Below are positions 28,070 through 39,800 of a DNA stretch of 64,000 bases, piece after piece. Below the pieces are notes generated by a model, which saw only the letters and a program-made list of their open reading frames with translations, did not search any database and was not told the DNA's origin. The translations under genes were made by a program, and so were the position numbers. Numbering within the stretch: position 1 is the stretch's first letter; each line of letters opens with the position of its first letter. The DNA comes from a virus (lineage: Duplodnaviria; Caudoviricetes), in IMG/VR virus record IMGVR_UViG_3300042556_001330, positions 397-64,396 of that record; one strand, written 5' to 3'.

Positions 28070-29179
28070 ATGTCTATAAATCCACTAAGACAAAACCCAA
28101 ATAGGGCAAACGAAATAAAATCAAACAAAGGAGATTTAAAACAAAGTATTTCTTTGTTTGATATTGACTATGCAATGATGTCATATTTGGAAGATACTGC
28201 ATTACCTACTTTAGATGATAATGGTAAAGCTTTAAAAATACCTGTTATATATGGTAATTCGGAAAGATGGAATGGTTCACGTAGACAGGGTGTATTTAGA
28301 GATTCAAAAGGTAAAATTCAATTACCTTTAATGATGATAAGAAGAACATCTATTACAAAGGATGAAACTATGCCAATGTTAAATAGACATGTTTCATATC
28401 AAGGAATTACAAAATATTCAAAAGATAATAGATACGATAGATTTTCTGCATTGGGTGGAAATGTTAAACCAAAATATGAAATATACAAAATTCAAATGCC
28501 AGAATATGTGGAATTGAATTATGATTGTATGGTGTGGACAAACTATACCGAACAACTAAATGCAGTAATAGAACAATTACAATATGCATCATCATATTGG
28601 GGTGACAAAGAAAAGTTTAAATTTAGAACATCATTAGGTGAATTTAATGTTATAAACGAAGTTGGTGAAGGAACCGAAAGAATTAATAGAATTGAATTTA
28701 GTTTATCAGTTAAAGCATATTTACTTCCTGAAAAATTTGACGGAGAGAATATGGTTAAAAAATCAATGTCGACAAAAAGAGTTGTAGTTGCAACCGAAGT
28801 GGATGTAACCGGAAATGGTAGATTGGAAGGAATGTTAACAACACCATCACCATATTATGACAATAAAGATTTAATTGATTTTTTATCTTTAAATAATAGT
28901 AAAATAGTAGATGGTGGAACAAATACTGCAACATTTACAGGAATAAAATTAATACAAGCACCTGCACAATTATCGGGAGTAATTACTTCTGGATTAACAT
29001 ATGATGGAAAATCTTATGATGTTAAAGTATATATAAATGGTGTTAGGTATTATCAAACATCACATTTTACAATAACATCATATACAAATAATACATTAAC
29101 ATTGGCATTGTCTCCTGGATTTCCGGTAGATAGTGGTGATGAAATTACTATTACAGGTAAATTTATTGATATTGTATAA
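28070..29179 (+). CDS. Tail terminator/sheath stabiliser (gp15-like) with C-terminal extension
   Basis: IPVIYG..ERW, LPLM, P.YV.L.Y, EQLN..IEQ; gene order. Confidence 0.65.
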   Translation: MSINPLRQNPNRANEIKSNKGDLKQSISLFDIDYAMMSYLEDTALPTLDDNGKALKIPVIYGNSERWNGSRRQGVFRDSKGKIQLPLMMIRRTSITKDETMPMLNRHVSYQGITKYSKDNRYDRFSALGGNVKPKYEIYKIQMPEYVELNYDCMVWTNYTEQLNAVIEQLQYASSYWGDKEKFKFRTSLGEFNVINEVGEGTERINRIEFSLSVKAYLLPEKFDGENMVKKSMSTKRVVVATEVDVTGNGRLEGMLTTPSPYYDNKDLIDFLSLNNSKIVDGGTNTATFTGIKLIQAPAQLSGVITSGLTYDGKSYDVKVYINGVRYYQTSHFTITSYTNNTLTLALSPGFPVDSGDEITITGKFIDIV

Positions 29180-29508
29180 TGAAACGAAGTTTATTAGATA
29201 TAACTCAAAAAATCAGTAGAAAACCTGGCAAAACTAATTTAATTCCAAAAGATTTAAATGATTCTACTTATTGGATTTATGAAGCTACGGGTTGGAGATT
29301 TGTTTCTATATTAAGGGAAATCGAATATAGAACTACACAAGATAGATTAAAGATTTACATTAATACACAAAGTATAAGTGCAAGAGATTATATTATTGAA
29401 GAAGCTGGAAATGGTTTATTAATTAAATTTATAAAAACAAATTTTGAATTTAATTTAGATAATGAAGATTATATTCAAATTGAAGGAGATATAGAACAAT
29501 ATGCTTAA
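29179..29508 (+). CDS. Hypothetical virion protein
   Basis: Translationally coupled ORF; ends in the same I.I.G motif as the 28070 C-terminal domain. Confidence 0.55.
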   Translation: MKRSLLDITQKISRKPGKTNLIPKDLNDSTYWIYEATGWRFVSILREIEYRTTQDRLKIYINTQSISARDYIIEEAGNGLLIKFIKTNFEFNLDNEDYIQIEGDIEQYA

Positions 29509-30208
29509 TAGATTTAATTCAAATACAAGAAAATTAAATAGAGTAATCAAACAAATTAATTTAAATAATTTGAGTGGGTCTGGTTATTTGGATAACCTAA
29601 TAGATGATTATAAAATACAAATAAATTTATCAGCATCATTGGATGGTAGAGGAACTATATTAAACCCTTTATCAGAAATAGAAACGGGTTCTGCAGGACA
29701 AGATGGATATTCTTATTTACCAAATGAATTAAGTGCATCAATAGAATATACTTACACCTCATCATTGGATGTAAGAATACCTACTAAATTTGGTGGTAGA
29801 ACCCGTTCAAATCCAAATCCAATTAAATTAGTAAATAACAAAACAAAAATATCAGATTTTTATCAAGAAATATTGGAAAATAGTGCAAGATACAATCAAA
29901 GAATAATTGATGAATTTGACAATGTTAAAAATACATTAACAATATATAATGTTACTTTGGATTATGGAACCGAAGGAGCATCTCCTAATAATTTTGAAGT
30001 ATTAGTATTTGGTTTACATATTCCAGGAGATTATACAATTAAAGAAGTTGGAAATAATGTAGTAATAACTTTAAATGAACGATACATAGATTACGATAAT
30101 GTGACTATAAATGATATTTATGTTATGGGAAAATTATTAGATATACCAATTGCAACCGAAAATGATTCAATAATAATAACCGAAAGTGGTTTAGATATAA
30201 TAATATAA
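29501..30208 (+). CDS. Hypothetical virion protein (fibre adaptor candidate)
   Basis: C-terminal IATENDSIIITESGLDIII. Confidence 0.55.
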   Translation: MLNRFNSNTRKLNRVIKQINLNNLSGSGYLDNLIDDYKIQINLSASLDGRGTILNPLSEIETGSAGQDGYSYLPNELSASIEYTYTSSLDVRIPTKFGGRTRSNPNPIKLVNNKTKISDFYQEILENSARYNQRIIDEFDNVKNTLTIYNVTLDYGTEGASPNNFEVLVFGLHIPGDYTIKEVGNNVVITLNERYIDYDNVTINDIYVMGKLLDIPIATENDSIIITESGLDIII

Positions 30209-30211
30209 TAA

Positions 30212-33043
30212 ATGGCAAACTCAAGAAAAAGAATATCAGAATTACCTCCATTAAATGTTGCAACACTAGACACAACTTTTGTACTTGGTATTTCGGGTAG
30301 TACAACATATAAAATTTCTATAAACAATTTAACATCTTCATTGGATGGTGCATTTGCAACCGATTTGGTAACTAATGCATTGAGTACATCATTGGATAGT
30401 AAATTATCTACATCTTCATTTCAGTCGTTCAGTTCATCGGTTCATCAAAGAATATTAGATGCAACCAACGAACAATCTTTTAATGGATTGATTAGTGGTT
30501 CATCACAATTGACAAGTTCATACGATGCAAGATATGTAATTAGTGGAAGTATTACTCAAACAACTTGGGATAATATTGCAAACAAACCATCTGGTATAGT
30601 CTCACAATCTACGGATTTAAGTTCTTTGAATTCAAAAACAGGAAGTTATGCAACGACAGGTTCAAATGAATTTAATGGTAATCAAACTATAAATGGTATC
30701 ATACAAGGAACTGGTTCGTTATATTTAAAAGCCGATTCAAATGATAATAGACATTTTGAAATATATAATACATCTCCAACCGATGTACATATTAAATCTA
30801 ATGGTGGATTAAGTTTTTTTGGTGATGATACTAACTACTTAAAAATTGATGATTCTGCCGGAGATGTTACCATAGCTGCATTTAGTGATATAATCCTAAC
30901 TGCCGATGATGGTGGTGTTTATATAGGTTCATACGGAAGTGATAATGGAGTGATTACCAATGGTTATTTGAATACAATCATTGGAGATACTGATATAATC
31001 AATGGTGCTACGGGAAATTCTATTACTGACAATCTTAATAACATAATTAATAATAGAGGGATTGTAAGTTCATCTGCACAAATATCAGATTTAGGATTTG
31101 TAACGGGTTCATACACTACTATAAACACATTTAATAGTTTAACACAATCTTTCAATTCAATATCTCAATCATTTACAACAATAAGTGGTAGTGTTGGAAC
31201 AATTGATTTTAGTGGAATTAATGCAGTTACTGCATCTTATTTAACATTCACACAATCATATACAAACGATAGTTCATCTTTTAATAATAGAATAACAACT
31301 GAAAAAAATAGAATAGATGCAATTTTATCGGCATCAAATGCAAATGGTGATACCTTTGCAGAAGTTGTATCTTTGATAAATTCGGTAGATTTGACAAATG
31401 ATAATGCGTTTGCAACATTTTATACTGCAAGTAATAGTAGAATTACATCATTAGAAAATTCAACGGGTTCTTATTTAACAACATTAAATGGTGCAATAAG
31501 TTCTTCATCTCAATTAACATCATCATACGATGTAAGATATACATTAAGTGGTAGTGTTCAACCATTACCTTCAAATTTAGTAAGTTCATCTGCACAAATA
31601 ACTGCATTTGGATTTATCAGTTCGTCAGCAACGATAAACACATCTTCATTTGCAACAACTGGTTCAAACTCATTTAACGGAAATCAAAATATTACGGGTT
31701 CGTTAGTAGTAAGTTCGGTAGCAGTTGTAGCAGGTGCATTAACTATACCATCGGCATCGGTAATATCTTTGACAAGTGGTAGTAGTATTTCAATAGATGC
31801 AAGTGGAGCAATCACAGGTTCATTGACTGGTTCTGTTTTTGGAATTGGTGATGTTGTAACATTTAGTGCATCACTTAATAGTAGAATTATTAGTGGTAGT
31901 GCAGTAGCAGGAACTATAAGTGGTTCATCACAATTGACAAGTTCATATGATGGTAGATATGTTCAAACGGGTTCATTCAATACATTTACTGCAAGTGTAA
32001 ATACACTAAGTTCATCAGTAGATAGTAGATTTGATACATTGGAAGGAACTATCATAAGTGGAAGTCCAAATTATACACAAGTATTAGGAAATAAAAGAAC
32101 CGGAATTACAACAACTGGTTCAGTAATTATAAGTGGAAGTATTACTACAACAGGTAATCCTGTTCAAATTATGGTGACCGGTGATGCAAACCCAGTAAAT
32201 GTTTCATCTTGGACTAGATTACAAATTTATAGAGATGAAACTGCAATTGGAAATATTGTTCAAGTTGAAAATAGTTCAAACTTAAATGTACCATATTGTG
32301 TAAATGTAATAGATACGGCATCGGCTGGAACTTACACATATAGTATGAGAACTGTTAGTGGTATTTCAGGTCTTTTTGACTTTGGTGAATCAATGGGCCC
32401 TACTTTAACAATGGTAGAATTAAACACAAATACAAACTTACCATCTACGAATAATGTATTTACGGGTACAAATAGATTTAATGGACAAGTAACAATAGGT
32501 GGTGTTGGTGGTGATGAAGGTGGTGAACTACGATTAGTAACGGCACAAACTAATACTACTCTAACAGGAGGATATGTTTCGGCAGACATTTACCAAAACC
32601 GATTAAGATTTTTTGAAGGTGGTGGAAATAACAAAGGTGTATATGTTGATTTGAGTAAAACACCAGATGGTAATGCAGGTGAATTGATGTGGAAAGTAAG
32701 TGGGTTTGTAAACGCAGGAACATTCTTAACATTGGATAACTTAAAAGTATCAGTAACAACAGGTGGTACAAGAGGATTAAGTGTAGGTGCAGTATCAACA
32801 AATTTTACCGCTAACATATCGGGTTTGCTTGGATGGGCTGGAGGTGGTGGAGGTGCATCGGCAGTTAATATTGGATATGGAACTACGGGTTCTACATCGG
32901 CATTTGGTTGGAATTTTACAACCGAAGGTGATGGTTCGTACTATACAATATTAGATAAAACAAATAGTAGATTTTATCGTGTTACTCTAATGATAGGTGG
33001 TGGATACAACAATAACTTCATTTCAATAGAAAGATTATTTTAA
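30212..33043 (+). CDS. Ser/Thr-rich fibre protein
   Basis: N-terminal KRISELP; ISGSSQL and FATTGSN.F.G.Q repeats; coiled-coil segments. Confidence 0.75.
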   Translation: MANSRKRISELPPLNVATLDTTFVLGISGSTTYKISINNLTSSLDGAFATDLVTNALSTSLDSKLSTSSFQSFSSSVHQRILDATNEQSFNGLISGSSQLTSSYDARYVISGSITQTTWDNIANKPSGIVSQSTDLSSLNSKTGSYATTGSNEFNGNQTINGIIQGTGSLYLKADSNDNRHFEIYNTSPTDVHIKSNGGLSFFGDDTNYLKIDDSAGDVTIAAFSDIILTADDGGVYIGSYGSDNGVITNGYLNTIIGDTDIINGATGNSITDNLNNIINNRGIVSSSAQISDLGFVTGSYTTINTFNSLTQSFNSISQSFTTISGSVGTIDFSGINAVTASYLTFTQSYTNDSSSFNNRITTEKNRIDAILSASNANGDTFAEVVSLINSVDLTNDNAFATFYTASNSRITSLENSTGSYLTTLNGAISSSSQLTSSYDVRYTLSGSVQPLPSNLVSSSAQITAFGFISSSATINTSSFATTGSNSFNGNQNITGSLVVSSVAVVAGALTIPSASVISLTSGSSISIDASGAITGSLTGSVFGIGDVVTFSASLNSRIISGSAVAGTISGSSQLTSSYDGRYVQTGSFNTFTASVNTLSSSVDSRFDTLEGTIISGSPNYTQVLGNKRTGITTTGSVIISGSITTTGNPVQIMVTGDANPVNVSSWTRLQIYRDETAIGNIVQVENSSNLNVPYCVNVIDTASAGTYTYSMRTVSGISGLFDFGESMGPTLTMVELNTNTNLPSTNNVFTGTNRFNGQVTIGGVGGDEGGELRLVTAQTNTTLTGGYVSADIYQNRLRFFEGGGNNKGVYVDLSKTPDGNAGELMWKVSGFVNAGTFLTLDNLKVSVTTGGTRGLSVGAVSTNFTANISGLLGWAGGGGGASAVNIGYGTTGSTSAFGWNFTTEGDGSYYTILDKTNSRFYRVTLMIGGGYNNNFISIERLF

Positions 33044-33044
33044 T

Positions 33045-33719
33045 ATGCCAATCTCATTTTCAAAAGGATTTAGTATATTGCCTACCATAATAACCAATGG
33101 ATTATTACTTCAATTAGATGCAAATAATTCAACAAGTTATCCTGGTAGTGGAACAACGGTTTTTGATTTAACCAATTCGTATAATCATACATTGACTGGT
33201 GCTACATTTAGCACATTGAATGGAATAAAATGTTTTGATTGCACATCAGGAAATAATAGAGTTGTTGTAAATGGAACAGGCCCAACTTTACCAACAACAG
33301 GATACACCTATGTAACTTGGGCAAGATTGATAAATAATAATTCCGGATATAGAACATTACTTTATACAAACTCACCTAAATACACACCAATTACTATTCC
33401 TAATGGAACAAACACATTAGGATATTGGGATAGTGCATTTAGAAGTTCAACATTTGACCTTACATCTTTTGTCGGGGTTTGGACTCAATATGCGGTAGTT
33501 GGAGATAGTGTATCTCAAACATTCTACATAAATGGTTCACAAGCAGGAAATACAATTGCTTTCGGTTCAGGTGGAAGAACACATTGGGGGTGGGGTAATA
33601 ATGATACCGCCGGTCAACCTTTTGGGCATGTTGCAAATCTTTATTTGTATAATAGAAAATTATCGATTGCAGAAATAACACAAAATTATAATGCAATAAA
33701 ACCGACTTACGGATTATAA
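33045..33719 (+). CDS. LamG/ConA-like lectin-domain protein
   Basis: GLLLQLDA.N..SYPGSGT..FDL...YNRKLS..EI.QNYNA. Confidence 0.8.
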   Translation: MPISFSKGFSILPTIITNGLLLQLDANNSTSYPGSGTTVFDLTNSYNHTLTGATFSTLNGIKCFDCTSGNNRVVVNGTGPTLPTTGYTYVTWARLINNNSGYRTLLYTNSPKYTPITIPNGTNTLGYWDSAFRSSTFDLTSFVGVWTQYAVVGDSVSQTFYINGSQAGNTIAFGSGGRTHWGWGNNDTAGQPFGHVANLYLYNRKLSIAEITQNYNAIKPTYGL

Positions 33720-33728
33720 GAATATAAG

Positions 33729-33737
33729 ATATTTATA
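33729..33737 (+). promoter_or_regulatory. Putative late promoter motif ATATTTATA
   Basis: Recurrent intergenic motif; 4 nt before ATG. Confidence 0.6.
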
Positions 33738-33741
33738 GGAT

Positions 33742-34215
33742 ATGGCAAGTTTAATAAGATTAAAACAAATAGAGAGTGGTTCAGCACTTCAAACATCGGC
33801 TGAAATTGGTACTGATTTTTCACAATCGGTAATTGATATCATACAAGATAATGTAGCGGCTACTTTACCTGATGGAGTTGTATCGGGTTCATCTCAAATA
33901 TTTATTACGGGGACAATTGGATATAATGATATAGCAACGGATTTAGAAGTAGCAGTTATAAGTTCATCTTTATCTGCATCACAGGTTTTAATATCTTCAT
34001 CAATAAGTTCTTCAATTGCAGCAACATTGAGTGGAAGTGTATTATCAGTAACGGCATTAAGTCAGTCGGTGAGTGCAAGTTTACGAGTTATAACTACATC
34101 TTATACAACAACTGCATCTTTCCATTCTTACACCGCATCTTTAGGAGATACATTTGCAACCGACATAGAAGTTTATCTTACTGCATCAAATATTATTGAC
34201 CAGGGTGAGTTTTAA
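33742..34215 (+). CDS. Short Ser-rich fibre linker ending in IDQGEF
   Basis: IRLKQI N-terminus; Ser-rich coil; C-terminal DxGxF. Confidence 0.65.
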   Translation: MASLIRLKQIESGSALQTSAEIGTDFSQSVIDIIQDNVAATLPDGVVSGSSQIFITGTIGYNDIATDLEVAVISSSLSASQVLISSSISSSIAATLSGSVLSVTALSQSVSASLRVITTSYTTTASFHSYTASLGDTFATDIEVYLTASNIIDQGEF

Positions 34216-34225
34216 TTAAAAATTT

Positions 34226-34234
34226 ATATTTATA
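34226..34234 (+). promoter_or_regulatory. Putative late promoter motif ATATTTATA
   Basis: Recurrent intergenic motif. Confidence 0.55.
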
Positions 34235-34263
34235 CATAATAAAGTAAATTAAGAATAGTATAG

Positions 34264-36321
34264 ATGGCTCAATTAATACAACATAAAAGGGGTGCCTTAG
34301 AAAGATTATCCAATATTACAGGTTCCCTGAAAAAGGGTGAAATCTTAATTGTAACCGGTTCATCTAATATTACATCTTCAAATGGTTCATCTATTGTATT
34401 TGCAGCAACTGAAAGTGGTTCTGTTCAAGCTACTAATAGATTTATAATAGGTAGTTCGGCACCAAATGAATTTCCAACATCGACTTATGGTGGTTTAGTA
34501 AACGGAGTTCCTTATTACGATAGTGGTAGTGGAACTTTATATTTGTTAGGAAATGATGGTAATACCCCAATCAACTTAACAGGTAACATTAGTACATTTA
34601 GTGCATCGGTGGCAACATCATTTTCGGCGAGTCAAGCTTCTCAAAATTTATTAAGTGCAAGTGTTGCGAGTGTAACTGGTGATTTTAGTTCTTCGGTAGC
34701 AACTTCATTTAGTGCAAGTCAAGCTTCTCAAACGGCATTAAGTTCATCTATAAGTCAAACTATTGGTTCTTTAAGTTCTTCTATTTCACAATCAATTATT
34801 GATGTAGTAAGTGCATCATTGAGTAGTTCTTTATCTGTGATAGCAACCGATATTGAAATATCAGTAATAAGTTCATCTCTGTCCGCATCACAAGAATTAA
34901 TATCTTCTTCTATAAGTGCATCAATTGCATCAACTTTAAGTGGAAGTGTGGCATCAATAAGTAGTTTGAGTTCATCAGTAGCAACATCAATTAGTGCAAG
35001 TAATGCAAGTATAACAACATTAAGTTCTTCTATTTCACAATCTATTGTTGACATAGTAAGTGCATCATTGAGTAGTTCTTTATCAGTTATTGCAACCGAT
35101 TTTGAAGTAGCAATAGTTAGTGCATCATTATCTTCATCACAAGAATTAATATCTTCTTCTATAAGTGCATCAATTGCATCAACTTTAAGTGGAAGTGTTG
35201 CATCAATTACAAGTTTAAGTTCATCGGTATCAGCTTCATTGGCAAGTTTGAGTGCAAGTAGTGGATTTATACAATATGTAACAAATAGTGTTCAAAATCT
35301 AACAGGAATAGAAGTTGCAGATTATAGTTCGGATGTTGCAGTAACTTTTGTGAATGGAACATTAAAATTTATATTTGGAACACCTGCAACACCAACATCG
35401 GTAGCGGCATCTATAACTGGATTTGTATCTGACAGATTTAATAATGTAACAGACAACTATACAGTTAATGCAAGTTGGAACAATCAGGGGTATACATTGG
35501 TAAGTGCATCACTTTATGAGGGAAGTGCATTATTAACACAAGTTGGTAGTGGAACAACTTTAACATATAATACAACAACATCGGGTTCTCATACATATAG
35601 ATTAGAATACACAGCTAGTTCTCCATTGGATAATAGTTTATATAAAACATCAACTACAACAACGGGAACAGTTTCTAAAACTAACCCAGCGTCACCAACA
35701 TTAACACCAACTGCAACAATTCAATTAGGAGTTGGTTCTAATCAAATTGAACAAGGTGCAACGGGTAGTATTTCTTTTGTATCATCTTCTGCAAATCCTT
35801 CTAATGGTTGGAATTTGACAAGTGTGACAACAAACGTTGCAACCCCATATTTTGTAACGGGTTCGGCAACAGGTTCTACTTCAATTAGTATAACTGCAAC
35901 TGCAAACTACGCGTCTCCTACTGGTGAGAATATTCCTGATACTACAACAACATCAACTACAACTACTACATATACTAAGATTAGAAGTTTAAGACATGGA
36001 GCAAGTTCGGCAACATCATTCACTGCCGGAGAATTGGAAAATATTAGTATATGGGATACAACATTGGGTGGAACAATAGGAACGATTGTAAAAGGAACAA
36101 CAACTGCAAGTGGACAAAGTGTAACAATTAGTTGGACTGGTGATAAATTCCATTATATTGTATTTGATTCGGCAAGAGCAAACTTAACAAACATCACAAC
36201 AAGTGGATTTGGAGTATTGGGTCAATTTACATTAAGTACGGTTGGACAATATAAAGTTTACAAATCAAACACACTACAAGCGGGTGGTGCTGGAAGTAGT
36301 ATAACATATACATTAACATAA
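34264..36321 (+). CDS. Ser-rich fibre protein with Thr-rich Ig-like C-terminal region
   Basis: MAQLIQHKRG N-domain paralogous to the 36814 ORF; internal repeats. Confidence 0.7.
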   Translation: MAQLIQHKRGALERLSNITGSLKKGEILIVTGSSNITSSNGSSIVFAATESGSVQATNRFIIGSSAPNEFPTSTYGGLVNGVPYYDSGSGTLYLLGNDGNTPINLTGNISTFSASVATSFSASQASQNLLSASVASVTGDFSSSVATSFSASQASQTALSSSISQTIGSLSSSISQSIIDVVSASLSSSLSVIATDIEISVISSSLSASQELISSSISASIASTLSGSVASISSLSSSVATSISASNASITTLSSSISQSIVDIVSASLSSSLSVIATDFEVAIVSASLSSSQELISSSISASIASTLSGSVASITSLSSSVSASLASLSASSGFIQYVTNSVQNLTGIEVADYSSDVAVTFVNGTLKFIFGTPATPTSVAASITGFVSDRFNNVTDNYTVNASWNNQGYTLVSASLYEGSALLTQVGSGTTLTYNTTTSGSHTYRLEYTASSPLDNSLYKTSTTTTGTVSKTNPASPTLTPTATIQLGVGSNQIEQGATGSISFVSSSANPSNGWNLTSVTTNVATPYFVTGSATGSTSISITATANYASPTGENIPDTTTTSTTTTTYTKIRSLRHGASSATSFTAGELENISIWDTTLGGTIGTIVKGTTTASGQSVTISWTGDKFHYIVFDSARANLTNITTSGFGVLGQFTLSTVGQYKVYKSNTLQAGGAGSSITYTLT

Positions 36322-36336
36322 ATAGAAGGATAAGAA

Positions 36337-36717
36337 ATGGCAATTATATTACCTGGTGGATTTAACATAACAAACAATGAACCTGTTGATGCTAGAATGA
36401 GTTTAGCAGACCAGTCAGCACGTTATGCATTATCATCGGCTAATGTATATGAGGGATTACAAGTTTATCAAAGAGATAATAATACAATTTGGGTATTAAC
36501 TGATACTACAAATGTTGGAAATTCAAATGGTTGGACACAATTGGTAATAGGTAGTTTAGAAGGAAACTTACCAAGTGGTGTTATAAGTAGTTCTCAACAA
36601 GTAATTGATATTATATTAAATAACTTTACTCAGTTTACACAATCAATTGATAACACATTTGCAACCGACCAGGAGTTGTATGTTACATCTTCGAATTTGG
36701 ATGCAGGAGAATTTTAA
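36337..36717 (+). CDS. Short fibre adaptor ending in LDAGEF
   Basis: PVDAR...YEGLQVY N-domain; C-terminal FATD.E.Y.T.S..D.GEF shared with the 33742 ORF. Confidence 0.65.
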   Translation: MAIILPGGFNITNNEPVDARMSLADQSARYALSSANVYEGLQVYQRDNNTIWVLTDTTNVGNSNGWTQLVIGSLEGNLPSGVISSSQQVIDIILNNFTQFTQSIDNTFATDQELYVTSSNLDAGEF

Positions 36718-36813
36718 TATAATAATAAAAAATATATAGAACAAAATCGGGATTAGATAGTAAAACTAATATTTATTACCGAATAACCTTAATTAAGAGA
36801 ATAACATTACAAT

Positions 36814-39800
36814 ATGGCACAAATCATTAGACACAGACGTGGTAGTTTAGAAGCCCTTTCGGCAGCAACCTCATCGTTTCAAAAAGGTGAATTAATAATC
36901 GTATCGGGTTCGTCAAACATTACCTCAACCAATGGTTCAGGTATGGTGTTTGCAGCTGTAGAAAGCGGTTCAATACAAGCAGTAAATAGATTTTTAGTAG
37001 GAACAAATGCACCAAATGTATTTAGTTCTTCTGCTTATAATGGGTTAGTTAAAGGTGTTCCTTACTATGCAAGTGGTAGTTCAACTTTATACTTACTTGG
37101 TTCTGACAAAAATGATATTCCAGATTTAACGGGTAACATTACTAACTTTAGTTCATCAGTTGTAACTTCATTCTCGGCAAGTAATGCAAGTATAACAGCA
37201 TTATCTGCTTCGGTTGCATCGGTAACTGGTGATTTTAGTTCTTCAGTAGCAACGTCATTCTCTGCAAGTAATGCAAGTTTAGTTGCTTTATCTGCTTCAG
37301 TTGCATCGGTAACAGGTGATTTCAGTGCTTCAGTTGCAACTTCATTCTCAGCAAGTTCTGCAAGTTTAACTGCATTATCTGCATCAGTTGCATCAGTAAC
37401 AGGAGACTTCAGTGCTTCAGTTGCTCAAACATTTACAACTCAAAGCCAAAGAATTTCTTCATTAGAATCATTTAGTGGTTCACAATTAACTCAAAATAGT
37501 GATTTAGCAACTATTACAGGTTCTTTAATTAGTTCTGCATCAACTGCAAAATCTACAAATGATACACAAGATGGTAGATTAACTAATATTGAATCATTTA
37601 GTGCAAGTGTAAACACATCAGTTTCTAACTTAAATTCAACAACTGCAAGTTTAAATACTTCAGTTGCAAATATAAACTCATTCACATCTTCTCAATTAAC
37701 TCAAAATAGTGATTTAGCAACTATTACAGGTTCTTTGATTAGTTCTGCATCTGCAGCAAAAACTACAAATGACTCACAAGATGTTTCAATAACAAACTTA
37801 AACTCATTCAGTTCTTCTGTTAATACAAAGATGACTGAAATTGGTGTTGTAAGTGGAAGCTTGATTTCATCAGCATCGTCTGCAGCAATCGCAATTGCAA
37901 ATTTAAATGCAAATAGTGGTTCTTACGCATTATTAAGTGGTTCAAATGTATTCTATGGTAACCAAATAATCACTGGTTCTGTTTATGTAGCATATGACTT
38001 AATAGTACAAGGTTCATCTTCATTACAATACATTACTGCAAGTCAAGTTGATTTAGGAACAAATACAATTATCCTTAATAACGACTCCCCTGCGGTTAGA
38101 TTTGGTGGTATATCAGTAGTAGATAGTGGTAGTAATGCAGGAGCAAGTGGTTCATTATTCTGGGATTCATTAAATAATAACTGGATTTACCAACACCCAT
38201 CAGGTGGTGCTGAATCTGGAATGACAGCTATATTGATATCTGGTCCTAAAAATAGTGGTTCAATGGGTGATGAAGCTCATATCACTCCAGGTAAAATTAT
38301 GGTTGCAGTTGGTGATGACCACATTGGTGATTCAATCATTACACAAGCAACTGATAATAGTAAAATTTCAGTAGCGGGTGACATAATCGTAACTGGTTCA
38401 GTAAACGCAACTTCGTTTAATGGTACAATTAACTCAACAAATGGTGTAGTTAGTGGTTCATCTCAAATAACAATTTCTGACACAACTGGATATACAGACT
38501 TTAGTGGTTCAATATCAGCATCATTTGCATCAGTAATTGCAAACGTAGGTAGTGGTGTAGGAGTTTCAATAACAAACTTAAACTCATTCAGTGCTTCTAC
38601 ATTAACTAGATTATCTAATATAGAATCATTTAGTTCTTCTGTTGAAAGTAAATTAACTGAAATAGGTGTAGTAAGTGGTTCATTGATAGCTTCAGCATCA
38701 ACCGCTAAGACTACAAACGATACACAAGATGGTAGATTAACAAATTTAGAAGCAACTTCTGCAAGTGTTAACACTTCAGTAAGTAATTTAAATTTAACAA
38801 CTGCAAGTTTAAACACTTCAGTAACAGCATTAAATACTTCATCTGCATCTCAACAAGTATCATTAGATAATTTAAATACATTTAGTGGTTCTACATTGGG
38901 TAGATTAACTAATTTGGAATCAACTTCTGCAAGTGTAAATACTTCTGTATCGGCTTTAAATAGTTCATCTGCTTCTCAACAAATTAGCATTGACGCTTTA
39001 AATACGGTAAGTGGTTCAAATTTAGGTAGATTATCTAATTTAGAAAGTACATCTGCAAGTGTTAATATCTCTATAACTAATATAAACTCATTCACATCTT
39101 CGGTTGATACTAAGATGACTGAAATAGGGGTAGTTAGTGGTTCATTATTTGCATCTGCATCAACTGCAAAATCTACAAATGATACACAAGATGGTAGATT
39201 AACAAACTTAGAATCTAAATCTGCAAGTGTTGATACATCAATAACTAATATAAACTCATTCACATCTTCAGTTGATACAAAAATGACTGAGATTGGAAGT
39301 GTTACAGGTTCATTGATTTCTTCAGCATCAGCAGCAAGTATTTCAATAGCAGCTTTAAACTCATATACTTCTTCAAATACATCTACAAACGCATTAAATG
39401 CATTTACTGCATCTGCAAATGAAAGATTTACAGAAATTGGTATAGTTAGTGGAAGTTTAATATCTTCAGCATCAGCTGCTAAATCTACAAATGATACACA
39501 AGATGGTAGATTAACAAACTTAGAAAGTACTTCTGCAAGTGTTAATACATCTATTTCTAACTTAAACTCATTCAGTTCTTCTCAATTAACTCAAAATTCA
39601 ACATTAGCAACTTATACAGGTTCAGTTGAAACAAGATTGACTGAGATTGGTGTTGTTAGTGGAAGTTTAATAGCTTCGGCATCAACTGCAAAAACAACAA
39701 ATGATACACAAGATGGTAGATTAACAAACTTAGAAGCAACAACTGCAAGTTTAAACATTTCAGTTACAAATATCAATTCGTTTACATCATCTGCAACTGG

